A DNA stretch of 64,000 nucleotides. It comes from Entomortierella parvispora E1425 (Eukaryota > Fungi > Mortierellomycota). Within the stretch, counting starts at the first letter, position 1, and every line of letters starts with the position of its first letter. Below the pieces are notes generated by a model, which had not been told where the DNA came from, did no database searches, and worked only from the letters and a program-made list of their open reading frames with translations. Location: contig BQFW01000002.1 in assembly GCA_020891255.1 (NCBI GenBank), positions 3,596,001 to 3,660,000 of the forward strand, in the 5' to 3' direction. Positions 60,799 through 64,000 of this stretch are shown in pieces. A program made the translations under genes and the position numbers.

Positions 60799-63626
60799 TT
60801 AGATGTCCTGTTCGGTAATCCCGGCCAGCCAACCAATCTTGGCAAAGGCCTCCCAAAGTCGACTCGTCTTGTTGACGTCAATCCGGCAAAGCTTTTGGGC
60901 ATCCGACTTTCGAAACTGTTTACCATCCGGGGTCGCCAAGTACTCGCGCGAGGCCATGATCAAAGTTTTCTTGCACGCCAAGTACTGAGCGGGAGAGAGT
61001 CGAAGAGTCGAAGCAATATATTCTTCGTGCGGGTGAAGTTGATCGTATCCGGGCTTTCCCACAACCGACAATGGAGTGCCTAAATTTAGAAAAATTGGGC
61101 AAAGTCAACAAAAAAGCAGAGCTTAGTCAGTCATGCATGTCAACAAATATGTCATCGTCCGTGCCCTGGCTGACAATCAAAAAAGTCTTTTTTACCTTTC
61201 CAGATCACTCGGGGAGGAGTTTTCTCATCAAGCATCGAGACTGGGCCCACATCTGGCTCCAGGATGACCAATTCTTCCGGTTCTTGAACAACACGCTCTC
61301 CACCATGTCGAAATCCCGCGGGAGAGACATGGTCCGGATCTGTAATCTTCTTGGTCCGCTTGCGCCTCTTGACCTCGCCCTCCTCGCCCAACAAACCGGC
61401 CTCTGCCAATTGTTTCTTGGAGACACGCTTGCGCTTCTTGGGTTCGTCACCATTCTCGTCCGCCTGAGTCGCGGCCTTTTTGCGCTTCTTGATAGGAGTG
61501 CCGGAAGAACCCATGGCCGCCATTCTCGAGTAGTCACTGACTTCAGAATCATGACTGCTGTTGCTGAGGCTGCTTCGGAAGGCGGAAGAGTTGTTCCGGT
61601 TGTCGAGGTATTCCCTCTTGATCACTGGGGTGGTGTCGTCACTGAGGAGATTACGAATCGACATTGAGTTGGAAATCGACTTTGATCCCCTCCTCTGTTG
61701 AGTTGGCTGAACGCCAAGGCGATGCACGACAGCGTCATCCTGTTTCGCATCCTCGTGACGAAGTACCCGTCCGGTCGCAGTCGACATTAAAGGAATCGAC
61801 TGTCGGCGAGAGAGGGTGCCTGTTGGTGAACGAGAACGCTTCGTGGTCAAAGTCGGTCGTCCTTTGCTCGATTTGTTCTTTGAGCTTCCTTCGGTCGAAG
61901 TGGGCATATAGACTCCATGACCTGCTGGTACGTGCGCTCGGGCAAAGGCAGCGTCCTCCAGAGCACGTCGTTCATCCAATTTGCCGCCTTCTGGTCGAAG
62001 AAGCTTTGGGTTCCGAAGATAAATGTCGTAAAAGTCCATTTTCATGTATCCACTCGACTCACTTTCAGTAAGCGAAGTTGCCATGATGTCCTGATCGGTC
62101 CCGCGCACTGGAGATCGGATTGGAACTCTGTGATGATGGTGCTTCGAAGACCAATTAAGAGATGACAATGGAGGTGAAACCGCACGAGGATCTGCAGGCG
62201 CCAAAGCACTGGAGGATGGACGTCTAGATCCCGAAAAGAGAGCTGCCGCATAGACTGAATCCTGTTGTTCCATTACCATCCCAGGGAGCGGTGGCAAGAG
62301 TCGGGGTCCATGATGGCTTGAAGCGTAGGTTGGAGGGGGGCTGGAAGTGAACAATGGGGGAAGGGTCCTCGATTCCATTAATCCAGCATCGACCTCAGAG
62401 TTGACGGGTGATGACAAATTGGGACGTGCGTGTTGCTGCTGTTGGGAATGGCCGTTTTGCTGCAGCGATTGGGGCAGGGTATGGTACTGCGGCTGTTGAT
62501 GACGGGCTTGCTGTTGTTGAGGGTGTTGCTGCTGATAAGGGTCATGCTGAGGTCGAGCAACAGAATGCCAATCCGGAGACATTGAGGTCAAGGAAGGAGA
62601 TGGACTGGGGAGAGGGCTTGGGGAAGAAGAGTGACTGGCCGTCTTTCCATAGAGTTGACTGTCCGAGTATTTGCGATGGCCATGGGTCGATCCATGCATG
62701 CTCTCATTCCCCTGTGCAGAAGCATATGTCGATGCGGATGGCTTCAATCGCTGCCTCTCGCCCTCGGGATCCCTTTGTGATGCATGCGAAGAGAGAGACC
62801 AATAATCCCTGTGATCCCGCCGAGTCTGGTAATCTCGTGCATCCAGAGAGCTGTGGCGAGAATGCCCAAGTTGATTCTGGCTTGGGTCATGGGGTCGATT
62901 GCCACTGCTACTGCTGCTGCCGTAGGTCGGATGGCTCGTCTGGGGATCCCGAGAATCAACCATGGGAGCACCATAATGTGATGATGTCTCAGATGACCTG
63001 TACGCTCTTCCAGCCGCAGCCGACGACGAGGACGAGACAGGGGGTCTGTATGCGCCACCAAACGACGACGTGGATGGCAACGACGGGTGCTCTTGGCGAG
63101 AGTGAGGGTGGGGGTGGGGTGGCTTGCTGATGTAGCTCTGGACTCTTGGATCAGAGAGCCCCAGACGGACAGGCAAGCGACCAGAGGACATTGTGGGTTG
63201 AGGTCTTGGCAGAGGCAGTCTGTGTGATGTTGGAGCACCCGATCCTGTACCACCACTGCTGCTACTGCTGCTTCTGACGTTGGTTGACGTGGACGCCGGA
63301 TCCGTGGGCACTGCTGCGGAGGCCGTTGATGTTGAGTATGGTCGCAAATTTGACGTCGTGGTTGGACTTGGAGAAGAAGGCTCTGATGTGGAGGAAGAGG
63401 ACATTGGGTCAGGGTGTGAGCGCAATAGACCTTGGAAGGATGAGAGACGAGAAAGGGAGGAAGCAGATTCTGAAGGGGATGCAGGACAGGAGGAAGTCAA
63501 CGAAGCAAGTCTGGAAAGGAGATGCGAAGGCGAAGATGTTGAAGAAGATGAAAGAAGGGAACGGGGTAGAGACAACGGTCGAGGCAGTGTCTGCGCATAT
63601 GTAGTGATGTCGTGTCCAACCATCAT
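60799..63626 (-). CDS. SWIRM-domain chromatin protein (Fun19/Ada2-C-terminal-like) with a long disordered N-terminus, 2 exons
   Basis: Likely ATG at 63626; intron 61195-61080 gives VIWK|GTPL..; LHPHEEYIASTLRLSPAQYLACKK...FRKSDAQKLCRIDVNKTSRLWEAFAKIGWL. Confidence 0.9.
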
Positions 63627-64000
63627 TCTGGTGCTGCTGCTGGTAGTGGTGAAGCTGTTGCTGGAAGGGGATGCGGATGGGGATGGGGATGGGGATGAGG
63701 ATGGGGATGAGGAGGACAGGTTGTTAGGACGTGGTGATGCTAGCTGTATTTGGTGATGGTAGTACGTGGTAGTGAGGCAAAGAAGGAAGGGAAGGAAGGA
63801 GGGAGAAAGGAGTGTGTGTGTGTGAGAGAGAAAAGGGAGAGAGGTGAGAGAAAAACAAGCTCTGGTGGCAAAGCAGGGTGTGCAGTGGACAGAAAAGCGA
63901 CGAGGGAAGGAGAGAGCACCGGGGGCGAAGTATGAATGACGAATGGGAATACGAACGAAAAACAAAAAAAAAAAAAGAAAGAAGCGACGGCGGTCGAGGG

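Noticed and set aside
1-64000. Transposons, CRISPR arrays, rRNA genes and canonical tRNAs
   Set aside because: I saw no transposase, RT or integrase motifs, no TIR/LTR pairs, no regularly spaced repeat-spacer array and no rRNA signature. Other TTCGA occurrences lack flanking T-stems.

Overview
Gene-dense, intron-containing fungal genomic DNA. Short spliceosomal introns with CTRAC-type branch points, abundant microsatellites and homopolymers, and the gene content point to an early-diverging fungus, most likely Mortierellaceae (inference from sequence style, not a database match). About 22 protein-coding genes can be built by hand. Recognisable genes: MTF1/TFB-like mitochondrial transcription factor, CLF1/crooked-neck, RPC19, ERV29/SURF4, an ATF/CREB-like bZIP, an AVT3/4-like vacuolar amino-acid transporter, a peptidase S41, RPL6, CDC24, a VSB1-like SulP-STAS-cNMP transporter, an MBOAT/wax-synthase-like acyltransferase, two tandem AP-1-like bZIP-DUF3425 paralogues, methylmalonyl-CoA epimerase, a beta-carbonic anhydrase and a SWIRM protein. 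Several secreted or membrane hypotheticals are also present. No transposon, CRISPR array, rRNA or canonical tRNA was found. The least explained signals are: (i) a 73-nt tRNA-like element with a perfect acceptor stem and T-arm but a degenerate D/anticodon half, followed directly by about 190 nt of G.U-rich hairpins and a T4 tract (2886-3149); (ii) two apparent GC-AG introns in the spliceosome gene CLF1; (iii) an uncharacterised OB-fold + CCCH + SAM-methyltransferase protein; (iv) an 8-Cys CFEM-like receptor. Exon boundaries were inferred by eye from GT/GC-AG sites and reading-frame continuity and need RNA-seq confirmation.
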